64,000 nt of DNA from Octopus vulgaris (GCA_951406725.2 OX597833.1:67704001-67768000); one strand, 5' to 3'; positions 13,629-29,630 are shown, counted from the stretch's first letter. A program made the numbers and translations. The notes: generated by a model from the letters alone, not told the origin.

Positions 13629-14448
13629 TCCCAGCAGAAAGTCCGCCCTCCAGGCGGTTTTCTATAGGCCACTTTATAATATTTTCACATTTGATTCCTA
13701 ATAATAATAATTATTTATCTGATATTGTCTACCATCGTGCCTTTGATGCTAAATGTTTTTCAGTCGCATAGTTTGGCATTGTTTCGGTTGAACCCACAGA
13801 AATGCTAAAATGAACTGCTGTTTTTATTCGTAAATTTGTGTAAAAAATTATTTACTAGTTTCGTTTTAAAGTGAAAGAGGGGAGAAAGTGAAAGATGTAT
13901 GTCCGTTTATATGAAATTGACGTGTGCATGTGTGTGTGTCTGTGTGTGTGTGTGTGCGTGAGAGAGAGAGAGATTGAGTGAAAGGGTGTTTTGTCATGTA
14001 TACGTATATAAATGAATATGCATGCATCTTCTTTCTTTGTATGTGTGCTTGTGTGTCTGAGAGAGAGAGAGAGAGAGAGCGAGATTGCCACTTAGATACC
14101 ACTCTCTCTCACTCTCTCACTGTCTCACACACATACATGCACACATACATACAAAAAAGATGTATGCAAATGTATTTATGTATGCACGTATACATGACAA
14201 CACACCCCTTCACTCAGTCTCTCTCTCTCTCTCACACACATATAAATATGTACAAACATACATACAAAAACACACGCGTGCGTCTGTGACTGACTACAAA
14301 TACATAGAACTGAACTCGGTGCGCCAAAAGTAAATAAATAAAAAATTGTTACGGAAATTAACGAAGAATGCCCATACTCTTTTTGGACACCCCATGCTGA
14401 ATTTCAAAATTGTAATGTGATAGTTCTGTCATAACGAAATCAAACATG

Positions 14449-14499
<51 letters not shown>

Positions 14500-15364
14500 C
14501 AGAGAAAGTGCATGTGTTTAAATTAGAGGAACAATATGTTTGTGTGTGAGAATGAGAGAGTGGGGAGAGATGAGGAGAAAACATTGCAAATAGTGAATGA
14601 ATTAAACATGAAATGAAAAAAAATCGTATAAATGAAAGCTCGTAAAAAACTATCTTGTACCGAATATTTAAATTTGTGAACTTGAAATTTTTCAATAATA
14701 AAAGGAAGTACAGAAAGCAATTTTTCTTGAAAACTTCAATTTATAAAAAAATGCACTTGCTTAGTAAATATTTCTTTCAGTAATTTATTGTAGTTGTTTG
14801 CAAATAGCGAATGGAAAATTGAAGTGAAAACGTTATAATAGAGAGGGAGAGGTTTCACAAATGAAAACTGAAAATTGCGCCTGCAACAAATTAATATATT
14901 TTAGGTAGTTGCTACGTCAATACCGGAAGTTGACATTGAAAAACCTATTTAAAGTAGTGAATCATATATATATATATATAAGGCAATACTATTTCCTTTT
15001 AATGGGAAAAAAATAATAAAATGAAGACCCTATTATGTAAAATGAAAAACATCAATTTAAGTGCAAGCCATATTTTAGTGTATAAATATAAAGAAACATT
15101 TCTTTTCATAAGCGTCAAAATGTGTATTGAACGATACAAATAAGATGATGTTTTTTCGAATGCAGAATTGCCGTGAGAACAGCAGAAATACTGGGCAAAC
15201 TACGCTTAGAAGGGTAAAAATTTGTCAACAACCAGCCATGGGATTCGAATCCATATCGCTCAAACACTCCGGCTGACTGTTTACTATTAAACTATCACAA
15301 GGCCATTAGATGGGATAAAGAGTTATATAAGATTGGCAATGCATTTACTCTATGCTGCTGATTG

Positions 15365-15391
15365 AATATATATATACACATATATATATAT

Positions 15392-15458
<67 letters not shown>

Positions 15459-15469
15459 CATATATATAC

Positions 15470-15520
<51 letters not shown>

Positions 15521-15830
15521 TATATACATATATATATATACATATATACATATATATATATAGATATACATATATATATATACATATATATATATACATA
15601 TATATATATATACACATATATATATACATATATATATATACATATATATATACATATATATATATATACATATATATATACATATATATACATATATATA
15701 TATATATGCATATACATATACATATATATATATATATGCATATATATATGTATATATATATATACACACACAAACATATATATGTATATATATATACATG
15801 TGTGTGTACGAATGTATGTATGTATGTATG

Positions 15831-15889
<59 letters not shown>

Positions 15890-15930
15890 ATATATCTGTG
15901 GGGGTGTATGTATATATGTATGTATATCAC
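15365..15930. repeat. Long (TA)n/(TACA)n microsatellite
   Basis: Direct inspection. Confidence 0.95.
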
Positions 15931-16261
15931 CGAAATCTGGGGAGAATATACAAAAATATTAAGTGAGAGATTGTGAGATTGTGACGCAGATATATCTAAG
16001 GATAGATACATTGTAAGATAATGAGAGTAAGAGTGACGGAAAGTAGGAGAAAATGAGAGAGACAGAGAGACAGAAAGACAGAGAGACAGAAAGACAGAGA
16101 GAAAGAGGTACAGTAAAATGGAGAGATTATAAACTAAATAAACAAGCTTTGCCGAGCCTGGGATTAGTAGCTATTATAGAATAAACACACAGCCCCTCTT
16201 GTAAGAGTACAGGTGAAAATATTAAGCTTCTATGAAAACAATTACATATATATATATATAT

Positions 16262-16470
16262 AGTTAATCCAAACAAGAAAGAACGAAAAAACACAACAAT
16301 GCGAGGACGTGGAACAAATATAGTATTATTGGACACTCAGGAAAGAAGGAAAGAAGGAAGGTTTAATGTTTCGAGCGGAGCTCTTCGTCGGAAACATAGG
16401 AAAAGGAAAGATCCAGAGAAGGGAAGACGGAGGAAAAAAAATCGCCAACGGTACACACGAGGTCACATTT
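16262..16470 (-). mobile_element. Hammerhead-motif repeat (Penelope pLTR/retrozyme-like)
   Basis: Minus strand GTTT-CCGACGA-A-GAGC-TCC-GCTC-GAAACATT-AAAC at 16361-16395; close relative of 34020-34185; (TA)n on both sides. Confidence 0.7.
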
Positions 16471-16484
16471 TGAAAAGGATAGAT

Positions 16485-16536
<52 letters not shown>

Positions 16537-16684
16537 CACATAACATATACCCGTATGTAGGCGTATGCCTCGATCTATCAATATACATACATACTTTCAT
16601 GGATACATATATAGATATAGATATGGATATAGATATATATACGCACGCACACATACACACACATATATATATATACATATATTC

Positions 16685-17085
16685 TTTTATTCTTTTACTT
16701 GTTTCAGTCATTTTGAATGCGGCCATGCTGGAACACTACCTCTAGTCGAGCAAATCGACCCCAGGGCTAATTCTTTGTAAGCCTGGTACTTATTCTATCT
16801 GTCGGTTTTGCAGAACCGCTAAGTTACGGGGGTGTAAACACACCAGCACCGCTTGTCAAGCGATGGTGGGGGGACAAACACAGACACACAAACATATACA
16901 CACATATATAGAGAGACATATATACGACGGGCTTCTTTCAGTTTCCGTCAACCAAATCCACTCACAAGGCTTTGGTCGGCCGGGGCTATAGCAGAAGACA
17001 CTTGCCCAAGACGCCACACAGTGGAACTGAACTCGGAACCATGTGGTTTGTAAGCAAGCTACTTACCACACAGACACTCCTACGT
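16685..17085 (-). mobile_element. SINE family B (CORE-like), full length
   Basis: Colinear with 45052-45475 and 49432-49838. Confidence 0.9.
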
Positions 17086-17342
17086 ACATATATATCCATC
17101 CACGCCATCAGAAGATGATGAGAATATGATACAGCCATAATTTATTTAACGCTGAAGTACTTTGTTATATACGCACGTACACGCTGAGATTGGAGCAAGT
17201 CTTATTGTTCTATATTAGAAGCGTTACACAACCGTATGAAGTGTAATGCCAACTCATAATATATGGATAATATATAAGATCTAAGCTAAGTAAACTCAGA
17301 GATAATTTGCGATATATACTTACACACCAACAGACACACATA

Positions 17343-17383
<41 letters not shown>

Positions 17384-17386
17384 ATT

Positions 17387-17550
17387 TAATCAAAATAAGC
17401 AACAAGAATATCTTCGGTAATTTGGTACGATCGTTTCAGGCAACATCATTTTATTAAACATTGTAAGTATTGCAACAGTTTAATAAAATGATGTAGCGTG
17501 AAACGATCGTACCAAATTATCGAAGATATTCTTGTTGCTTATTTTGATTA
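17387..17550. repeat. Near-perfect inverted repeat (about 72-bp arms)
   Basis: TAATCAAAATAAGCAACAAGAATATCTTCG..TTTTATTAAAC / GTTTAATAAAA..CGAAGATATTCTTGTTGCTTATTTTGATTA. Confidence 0.92.
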
Positions 17551-17818
17551 TGATCACCCCATGGATTTATAAGGATAACACCATACAAAATTCTGGTGCA
17601 TCTAACTTAAGTACCATATTCATTTGAATCTAAATTTAGCTGAATATATATATATATATAAGAAGGTTTTGAGATGATGTACAGGTATTTTATATTAGAA
17701 GAAATGAGGTACTCAGAGATTCCAATGATTTTATATTTACAGATATTTATTTGTATGTTACATCTTTTTATACATCATATCTCATATATATTAGCGCCTT
17801 CGTCCCTTCTCACACTTA

Positions 17819-17870
<52 letters not shown>

Positions 17871-18049
17871 TACATATACATATAAGTGTGTGTGTGCATA
17901 TATATATAATTTTCAAAATTTGTTTACGGGAATTGCTTTGAATATGGAAACAAACCTCCTATTCCATTATACCGGCTACAATCCAATGATGTTGACTGGT
18001 GAACCAGGCTTTTAGGCGTTGCATCGAGCTGTACCGATATGTTGTTTTT

Positions 18050-18327
18050 GGGTTGTTTGTTCCTTCTCGAGCTACGCCTGGCTCATAAGGGCCGGTTTCT
18101 CGGTTTCATTAGTATAGGTTTCCAGGTGAGCTGCTAGATGCAGAAGGAAAGTGTGAGAGAAAGTTATGGCGAAAGAGTCAGCAGAAGTTCGCCATTACCT
18201 TTTGATTGAGCCGCGTGGAGCTTAGGTGTCTCGCTCATAAACACACACATCACCCGGTCTGAGATTCGAACCTGTGATCCCTCAACTATGAGTCCACTGC
18301 TCTGACCAGTAGGCCATATGCCTCCAC
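18050..18327 (-). mobile_element. SINE with family D-type head and a different 3' body
   Basis: Minus strand GGAGGCATATGGCCTACTGGTCAGAGCAGTGGACTC..GGTTCGAATCTCAGACCGGG..; ends ..GGCTCGAGAAGGAAC. Confidence 0.75.
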
Positions 18328-18974
18328 TGTACCTATATAATGTAGGATAAATATAGCAATAATAGCAATAATCCGTGGATGGAATTTATAAATATTTTAA
18401 TGCATCGTTACGCACGTTTCCACAAATCACATGTTTCTTATGATCATAGTCCATATTCCTGAGATGATTACAGTGTAGTCCGTGGTATCTGTGGGCATAG
18501 GGTAGATCATCTTTATGGATTCATTTCATCAGGCGATATATCATTAATGGATATTTAACTGAGGATTACTTATTCCTTTGGACCAGTGCAAAGCTCGATT
18601 CATGTGGGTATTTCTTTGTGTTTTTTTTTTTTGTTGCGAAGGAGAGGAAAGTGATGGAAAGAGAAGAAGGAATGGTAGTTATATGGGGAAGGAAGTGTGT
18701 ATGTGGTGATGTTGGATATCTTCTGCTATTCAGTCTGCAGATGTCGGGGATGGGTAGTATTTTCTGACGAAAATTTTGCGTTTCCTCCTTTTGAGGGTCG
18801 ATAAAAGAAATTAGTTAGCAAGCACTGGGATCGAATGTACGGACTAACCCCCACTTCACATCTAAACTATTGTTCTTATGCTAGAATTAGAAACTATTCT
18901 ATGACCTCTCACTTTCCCCAAGTCCATACAAGTATCTGAACAGAAACATTCACGGCATGGAATAATACATTCTG

Positions 18975-19916
18975 TTCTACTCTAGGTACAGGGCCCGTAA
19001 TTTTTGGTGAGGGGGTCAGTCGATTACATCGACGCCAGTACGCAACTGGTCCTCAATATATCGACCTGGAATGGATAAAAGGCAAAGTCGACATCGGCAG
19101 CATTTGAACTCAGAACGTAGACAGACGAAATACCTATTTCTTTACTACCTACAAGGAGTTAAGCAAAGTAGGGACAAACAAGTACAGACAAACGGATTAA
19201 CTCGATTACATCGACCCCAGTGCGTAACTGGTACTTAATTTATCGACCCCGAAAGGATGAATGGCAAAGTCGACCTCGGCGGAATTTGAACTCAGAACCT
19301 AGCGGCAGACGAAATACCTATTTCTTTACTACCCACAAAGGACTAAACACAGAGGGGACAAACAAGGACAGACAAACGGATTAAGTCGATTACATCGACC
19401 CCAGTGCATCACTGGTACTTATTTCATCGACTCCGAAAGGATGAAAAGCAAAGTCGACCTGGCGGAATTTGAACTCAGAAAGTAGCAGCAGACGAAATAC
19501 CTATTTCTTTACTACCCACAACGGACTAAACACAGAGAGGACAAACAAGGACAGACAAACGGATTAAGGCGATTATATCGACTCCAGTGTGTAACTAGTA
19601 CTTAATTTATCGACCCCGAAAGTAAGAAAGGCAAAGTCAACCTCGGCGGAATTTGAACTCAGAACGTAACGGCAAACGAAATACCTATTTCTTTATTACC
19701 CACAATGGGCTAAACACAGAGAGGACAAACAAGGACAGACAAACGGATTAAGTCGATTATATCGATCCCAGTGTGTAGCTAGTACTTAATTTATCGACAC
19801 CGAAAATATGAAATGCAAAGTCGACCTCGTCGGAATTTGAACTCAGAACGTAACGGCAGACGAAATACCGCTGCACATTCCGCCCGGCGTGCTAACGTTT
19901 CTGCCAGCTTGCTGCC
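18975..19916 (-). mobile_element. SINE family A pentamer
   Basis: Five units of about 184 bp joined at GACGAAATACC|TATTTCTTT (plus-strand reading); single tRNA A-box head at 19870-19916. Confidence 0.9.
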
Positions 19917-20209
19917 TTAGTAGTTGGAAATATTATCAACTAGAAACAAGTGCTGTAAATATATTTAGATAAATTGGCAATGCGATACGTGTCAAAAGAT
20001 AGATATATTGTACACAATAAATAAATAAACTTGGCGAAAGCCGGAATTAAATACTATTGTTTTATTACAACTTAAACATGGACTTGTGGACTTTGTTTGC
20101 TCTACGACTATATTTGATCTTTTATGTATACATAATATTATGACAGTCTATATAGATTGCCTCCCGTGTGTGGAACGGTATTGACTGGCATGTGTGAACG
20201 GGTAATCAT

Positions 20210-20215
20210 AGATAT

Positions 20216-20294
<79 letters not shown>

Positions 20295-20475
20295 TGTATG
20301 TATGTATGTATGTATGTATGTATGTATGTATGTATGTATGTATGTATGTATGTATGTATGTATGTATACATATACATACATATATATAATATTATAATAT
20401 ACATATATATATATATACATTATGTATATATACATGTATATATATGTATACATATACATACATATATATACATGT

Positions 20476-20510
<35 letters not shown>

Positions 20511-20576
20511 TGTATGTACATATATACATACACATATATATATATATATTATATATATACATATATATATACGTAC

Positions 20577-20611
<35 letters not shown>

Positions 20612-20617
20612 TGTATG

Positions 20618-20715
<98 letters not shown>

Positions 20716-20850
20716 TACATATACATATATATATATATACATATATATACATATACATACATATATATTCACATAGAAATGTATGTCTTCCAGATACACT
20801 CACACTCTTACACACACACACACACACACACACAACACATACAATCATCA
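20210..20850. repeat. (CA)n/(TATG)n/(TA)n microsatellite
   Basis: Direct inspection. Confidence 0.95.
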
Positions 20851-21275
20851 CATAGTAGTGCATATCAGTTGGTGCTTCGCTTTCGAAACATTCAAAGCCA
20901 AATAAAAAAAAAAAAATACGAAAGAAAAAGTAAAACAGAAACAAAAACAAACAACAACAACAAGAAAAAGGAAGGCAAACTAGATTAGGAATTGATTTCT
21001 GTGGATTCTAATCACTTCTCAACCATTATTGTATTTGTGCCAGTTCGCACTGGTTTAGCATATGGGAGCGCCAGCCTCTCTGACGATGATTAAGTGTGAT
21101 AGACCCAGCATCCTATCCGACTTGAAATCTATCTCTCAGCGCTTTTGCGGAGAGAACGAGATCAGGCGATGATCATCTCAGAAATGAAAACGATTCTTAC
21201 GTATCTTGCACACACACACACACACACACATGCATGCATGTATGTATGTATGTATGTATGTATGTATGAATGAAT

Positions 21276-22014
<739 letters not shown>

Positions 22015-22249
22015 ATATGTATATATATATATATATATATGCGTTTTTGTCTTTATGTCTGTGTTCCTTCCCTCCACTTGGCAGACGGTGTTAGTAAGTT
22101 TACTCGCCGTAACTTAGTGGTTCGGCAAAAGTGACTAATAAGATAAGTATGAAGCTTTAAAGCGAAAATAAGTCATGGAGTTCATAATACACTTATCTGA
22201 TGGAATATAATATTCTTCTTACTGCTAATGACCTAGATTCAAACTCACC

Positions 22250-22760
22250 GCCTGGACCAGATATTTTTCCCTTTAATACTGCTACAAACGTGCAAAAACT
22301 GCCTCGGGGAAACCATTTAAGATCATATTTAAAAAGTCTTTAGATACCGGCGAATTCCCAGAACTATTGGCAGACACAATAGTAACACCTGTACACAAAG
22401 GAATGTAGCGAGGCCACCTGTAGACAAAGGAAGGTGGAGGGGCTGAAGTCTAAAACGACAGAACTACTTCTCTCACATCTCACACATCTAAATTCATCAA
22501 ACATTTTGTCCTAAATAGATTTATTACGTTCCTTCTGTAAAAGAAACCTCGTAGATAATACAGAGCATGGTTTTGGGGCTGGACGAATTTGCCTTTCACG
22601 ACTATTGCAGCTCCATAACGCTATTCTTAATAGTGCATCCGGTCTCATAGAAGAAATTGAAGGGTTACGAAGAACGTTCACCAGAAAAATTCCTTTGGTT
22701 AAAAGCCTTAACTACTGGGAATATTTGAAAGCGTTGCGTCTCTACTAACTTGAATGGTAA
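22250..22760 (+). pseudogene. Decayed, internally deleted CR1-group RT
   Basis: RTTSLTSHTSKF, HGFGAGRICLSRLLQ, IEEIEGLRRTFTRKIP..LNYWEYLKALRLY, matching two separate parts of the 42421-44007 protein. Confidence 0.75.
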
Positions 22761-23474
22761 ATTCTGTTCCGTTAGAGAAAATTTCAATGCATGAATCGTT
22801 AGATACTCTCAGCTTCCGAATATACCTATTTCTTTACTACCCACAAGGGGCTAAACACAGAGGGGACAAACAAGGACAGACAAACGAATATACCACCTTC
22901 GAAATCACCGGGAGGTAGCACTTCCTTCCCCAGCCTCACTTTCGTTTTCAAATGAAACTTAAAAAAGTAGATCAGAGCTCGACCGAAAAGGAAGAGACCT
23001 ATCCTCAATCATTTCAGCCACCGTCCATCACACCGCCTCTTTCCCCGTTGCTGCTAGACAGAGGAACGCCGTCAGCTCTGCCTTATTAAAGGTGGGTGGT
23101 TGTAGGGGATGGAGCCACGCGATCGATTCGGCCCATAATCGGATTCGTCCTACCCTCGATAATAGCTACTCGACAAAACTCCATTAGTTAGCAATTCTCG
23201 GACACTGCACGAATGCGTGCAGGAGGGTCACGGGATCTTTTCCTTTTGAACGGCAGTTTGTAACAATTTTTAGGTAACTAAAAAGTTTCAAACTTCGTAT
23301 ACTGGTAGAATGTGTTTATAAAACATCATTTTCTCTTGGTTTTATTGAGAAAATTCTATAGTTTGTAAGATATTTCGTCTGAAAATCCGAGCATTTCGGC
23401 AATTTTAACCAATCGATTACCTCCATTCAACTAAAATCATTTGCTGCGTCTAAAACTGAGACAACATCCTGTCA

Positions 23475-23502
23475 CTAACCCTCAACCTAACCCTAACCCT
23501 AA
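23475..23502 (-). repeat. Short telomere-like (TTAGGG)n tract inside the TIR element
   Basis: CTAACCCTCAACCTAACCCTAACCCTAA. Confidence 0.75.
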
Positions 23503-23619
23503 TTTTCTTTCTTAATTGTTAAATTAATTTAATTGTTACGCATGTAAAAAAAAGCGAAAGCAATGGAAAATAATTTAAACAATTAACAAACAAAATAATT
23601 CTATAATTTTATACACACG

Positions 23620-24185
23620 CTTTCCGTACGTATACGGCGTGCGGTCGAGGCGGCGGCGCGCTCGCGCGTCGTCCGTCCTGGCCGTGCCGCCGGCGTTTCT
23701 CCGGCCGACCTTAGGCGGGCGTCGGCAACGTCAACTCGGCTACGGCTATCCCGTCCAGTACGAGAGGAACCGCGGGATCAGAGCAACGGTTTGCGCGCTC
23801 GCTCGATAGAGCGGTGGTGCCAGGCTGCCTCTGAGCGATAACGGCTGAACGCCTCTAAGCCGGAACCGTAGCCGGACCCGAGTTGTTTTCCAAAAGCGTC
23901 TCAACCTCAAGGCGCATGCCTTAGCTCGGCGTTCGCCGTCCGCCCGTCGCGTTCGCCCGGCGAGCGGCAGCGTCGCCGGCGGAATTGCCATTCGGGGACG
24001 CGGCGGCGGCTGCGGCGTTGGCGCCGTGGTCGTCTGCTCGTCGTCCCGCCCCGACTAGTTCGAAGAGATCGAGACGAAAGGGATCGCTTGCATACGACCC
24101 GACTTGCCGTTCGGAGTGACGTGCTTAGTAGAGCAGCTACCACACTGCGATCTATTGAGTCTCTTCTCGCGAACGACACGATCCG
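23620..24185 (+). rRNA. 28S (LSU) rRNA 3'-terminal fragment, dispersed copy and not a complete gene; probable 3' ETS to about 24375
   Basis: Sarcin-ricin loop AGTACGAGAGGAAC at 23757-23770 closed by ATCCCG/CGGGAT; CTGAACGCCTCTAAG at 23845-23859; AGTAGAGCAGC..CTGCGATCTATTGA at 24127-24158; canonical order with GC-rich expansion segments between. Confidence 0.9.
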
Positions 24186-24653
24186 CCCCTTCGAGGCGGA
24201 GAAGCGGGAGGAGGTGAGGAAAGATGGCGAAATTGTTGCGGCTTGGAGTCGGAGTTACGAAGTGTTGCGTTGTGTCTTGTCTTGTCTCGTCTCGTCTCGT
24301 CACGTCTTGTCTGCGTCGAACGACTCGGCGCGCGGTAATAGTCGTCGTCGCCGCCGCAACCGCCTTCGTGAGAGCATAGGATTGGTTAAATTTCGAAAAA
24401 TTAAACTGCGTTAAACAAACAAATTACAATTTTCTCAAGAAAGCCAAGAGAAGAAAATGTTTTATTTTGACACATTCTACCAGTATACGAAGTTTTAAAG
24501 TGTTTAGTTAACTAGAAATTGTCTGCTGTTCAAAAGGAAAAGATCTGGGTCACGTCGCTCTGCTCGCATGTTGGACAGTTCTACTTGGCAAGCGTGGTCA
24601 GCTGACACTTTACATCATACCCAGCTAAATAAGCTGAGCGTTTTTCATCAAAC

Positions 24654-24699
<46 letters not shown>

Positions 24700-24704
<5 letters not shown>

Positions 24705-24890
24705 CCTTCCTACTGTAGGCACAAGGCCTGAAATTTGAGGAAGGGGTCTTGTCCATTATATCGACTCCAGTGTTTCACTGGTACTTAATTTATCGACCCC
24801 CAAATGAATGAAAGCCATTTGGGGGTCGAAATACTGCTAAGCATTTTGCCGGGCCCGCAAACAATTCTGCCAAATCGCCGCCTTCTTTGC
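24700..24890 (-). mobile_element. SINE family A-related, internally deleted
   Basis: CTGGTACTTAATTTATCGACCCC..GAAATACTGCTAAGCATTTTGCC..CGCCGCC. Confidence 0.7.
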
Positions 24891-25034
24891 TATAGGCACA
24901 AGGCCAGCAGTGATGTTGGTGGGGAGCAGGAATTCGACCCCATTGCTCAAATAGTTCTTAATTTATCGACTGTGAGAATTTGAACACGGAACCTAAAGTG
25001 CTAAGAATTCTAGTAGCAGCAACACGAATAATAG

Positions 25035-27130
<2,096 letters not shown>

Positions 27131-27264
27131 GAGAGAGAGAGATACATATATATTACATACACACACACGCAAGAGGGCACCAGGCGTGTTATAAAATGTT
27201 ATCCGTGCTGTTTTCTTCACGTGGAACTTTTAATAGCTGATAAAAATATATACCGTGTTAATGA

Positions 27265-27305
<41 letters not shown>

Positions 27306-27362
27306 TTAAATTTCTAAATCTATCGTAGAGATATGTACGGTGGTGGGGCGATAGAATGGTTT

Positions 27363-27521
27363 TATACTGTTAATCTAACATGAACGTGACAGTAGGGGGG
27401 TACACCACCGTTGTTTAGCCCTAGAAAAATGTGTCAAAGCCATCAGGAGGCGTCGATGCTTCAGGGCTAAACAGCGGTGTGTACCCCCCTACTGTCACGT
27501 TTGCGTTAGATTGACAGTATA
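27363..27521. mobile_element. Small MITE-like element with about 60-bp TIRs and TA flanks
   Basis: TATACTGTTAATCTAAC..GTGACAGTAGGGGG..TGTTTAGCCCT / AGGGCTAAACA..CCCCCTACTGTCAC..GTTAGATTGACAGTATA. Confidence 0.75.
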
Positions 27522-27526
27522 CAACT

Positions 27527-27559
<33 letters not shown>

Positions 27560-27572
<13 letters not shown>

Positions 27573-27875
27573 CCTTTCTGTCTGTCTGTGTGTGTCTTCT
27601 AGAATCTCGGGCATCCTCCATCCGATTGCAATCAAATTTGATATGTAGATACCGACGGTATCAGGGCGAGTATAAGTCTTGAAAAAATTACAAAAATCGA
27701 TTCCAGGTGAGAATGCGATTGATAAAGCGGTGGGAAATCGTTTCTCTTTGAAAAATAGAAACAAAAAATCTATCTTTATTTCTTTTTTTTTGCTGGTGTC
27801 TCAAATTTAGGTTAAATCAGTGTTTCTCAAAGGGGAGTCCTATGGGACGGTCGGACAAGTTGTTTTGAGAAAACA
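27560..27875 (+). mobile_element. Helitron-like non-autonomous element, 5' part
   Basis: ATAAAATCC..(GTCT)n..CCGATTGCAATCAAATTTGATATGTAG; inverted relative at 40090-40459. Confidence 0.55.
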
Positions 27876-27906
27876 TATACATAAATATATATATATATAT
27901 CACTAT

Positions 27907-27959
<53 letters not shown>

Positions 27960-28063
27960 GTATTTCTTTACTCGGCAGAATTTAAAATGAAATACCTATG
28001 TCTTTATATATATATATATATATACCACTAACCCTTCACTATATATATATATACATATATCTA

Positions 28064-28129
<66 letters not shown>

Positions 28130-28149
28130 GCAATCTATCTATATCTATA

Positions 28150-28227
<78 letters not shown>

Positions 28228-28229
28228 GA

Positions 28230-28546
28230 AGGCTTAGTGGTTAGGGCATTCCACTCACTATCGTAAGGTCGCTAGTTCAATTCCCGGTGGCGACGCGTTG
28301 TGTCCTTGAGCAAGTCACTTTATTTCACATTCCTCCAATCCACTCAGCTGGCAAAAAGTGAGTAGTACCTGTATTTCAAAGGGCCAGCCTTGTCACACTC
28401 TGTGTCACGCTGAATCTGCCTGAGAACTACGTTAAGGATACACATGTGTGTGGAGTACTCAGCCACGTGTACGCTAATTTCACGAGCAAGCTCTTCTGTT
28501 GGTCGTATCAGCTGGGACCCTCCTCGTCGTGACCGATGGAGTGCGC
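28230..28546 (+). mobile_element. SINE family C
   Basis: GGCTTAGTGGTTAGGG..AGTTCAATTCCCGG..GTGTCCTTGAGCAAG..CCACTCAGCTGG..TTTCACGAGCA..GGAGTGC. Confidence 0.85.
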
Positions 28547-28554
28547 CTTTATAA

Positions 28555-28596
<42 letters not shown>

Positions 28597-28909
28597 ATGT
28601 GTGCAGCTTTTGTATGTATTTGTGTGTGTTCGTACCCCACCTCGATTGATGACCGGTGTTGGTTTCTTTGCTCAATGTCTCATATTGGCATGATGCTGTA
28701 CATATGTAAGTACGAAATCCAATTTAACCCATAGACCCTACTTAGGGTTGGTTCCAGGTGTAGCGTACCTATAAAATAAACGAACGCAAACGGGTTTGAA
28801 AATTCGCGACATCCGTTTCAGTAGAATTTTTGTTGATGTATTCCTAGAGGCGAAGGCGTCAATGTGTGGTAAGAATCGTCATATATATGTATGTTTGTGA
28901 ATGCGTGTA

Positions 28910-28970
<61 letters not shown>

Positions 28971-28984
28971 TATATATATATATC

Positions 28985-29293
28985 ACCATGATCACTGTGA
29001 CCGACCAGGGTATCAGATGTTGCTACACATTGCTGGTCACAATGCGCTTCCCATTGTTTTAGCCTTCAAATGACGCCACCCCGCTGGCTAAGCGAGCAGG
29101 CCAACAGAAGAAAGAATGAGAGAAAGTTGTGGTGAAAGAGTACAGCAGGGATCGCCACCAACCGCTGCAGGAGCTTCGTGGAGATTTAGGTGTTTTCGCT
29201 CAATAAACACTCACAACGCCCGGTCTGGGAATCGAAACCGCGATCCTACGACCGCAAGTCCGCTGCCCTACCCACTGGGCCATTGCGCCTCCA
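28985..29293 (-). mobile_element. SINE family D
   Basis: Colinear with 59474-59753; tRNA-like head at 29220-29293. Confidence 0.85.
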
Positions 29294-29399
29294 CCATACA
29301 CACACATATATATATGTAGGCACACATGACAGGCTTTTTTCAGTTTACATCTATCATATTCACTCAAACGGATTTGGCCTGCCCGTATAGAATATAAAA

Positions 29400-29630
29400 G
29401 ACGGCGAGCTGGCAGAAACGTTAGCACGCCGCGCAAAATGCTTAGCGGTATTTCGTCTGCCGTTACGTTCTGAGTTCAAATTCCGCCGAGGTCGACTTTG
29501 CCTTTCATCTTTTCGGGGTCGATAAATTAAGTACCAGTTACGCACTGAGGTCGATGTAATCGACTTGATACCTATGTCTGTCCTTGTTTGTCCTCTCTAT
29601 GTTTAGCCCCTTGTGGGTAATAAAGAAATA
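29400..29630 (+). mobile_element. SINE family A monomer (231 bp)
   Basis: 16-bp TSD CGTATAGAATATAAAA at 29384-29399 and 29631-29646; inserted in a decayed family B copy. Confidence 0.93.

Larger units (their letters stand above)
23233..24546. mobile_element. Non-autonomous TIR DNA transposon (Merlin-like) carrying a 28S rDNA fragment
   Basis: TIRs GGATCTTTTCCTTTTGAACGGCAG / CTGCTGTTCAAAAGGAAAAGATCT extending imperfectly about 170 bp; perfect 8-bp TSD GGGTCACG at 23225-23232 and 24547-24554. Confidence 0.9.

Noticed and set aside
23620-24414. Functional rRNA locus, or the Arg-rich ORFs in the GC island
   Set aside because: Only the last few hundred bases of 28S are present, inside a TIR element; the ORFs are by-products of GC-rich rDNA
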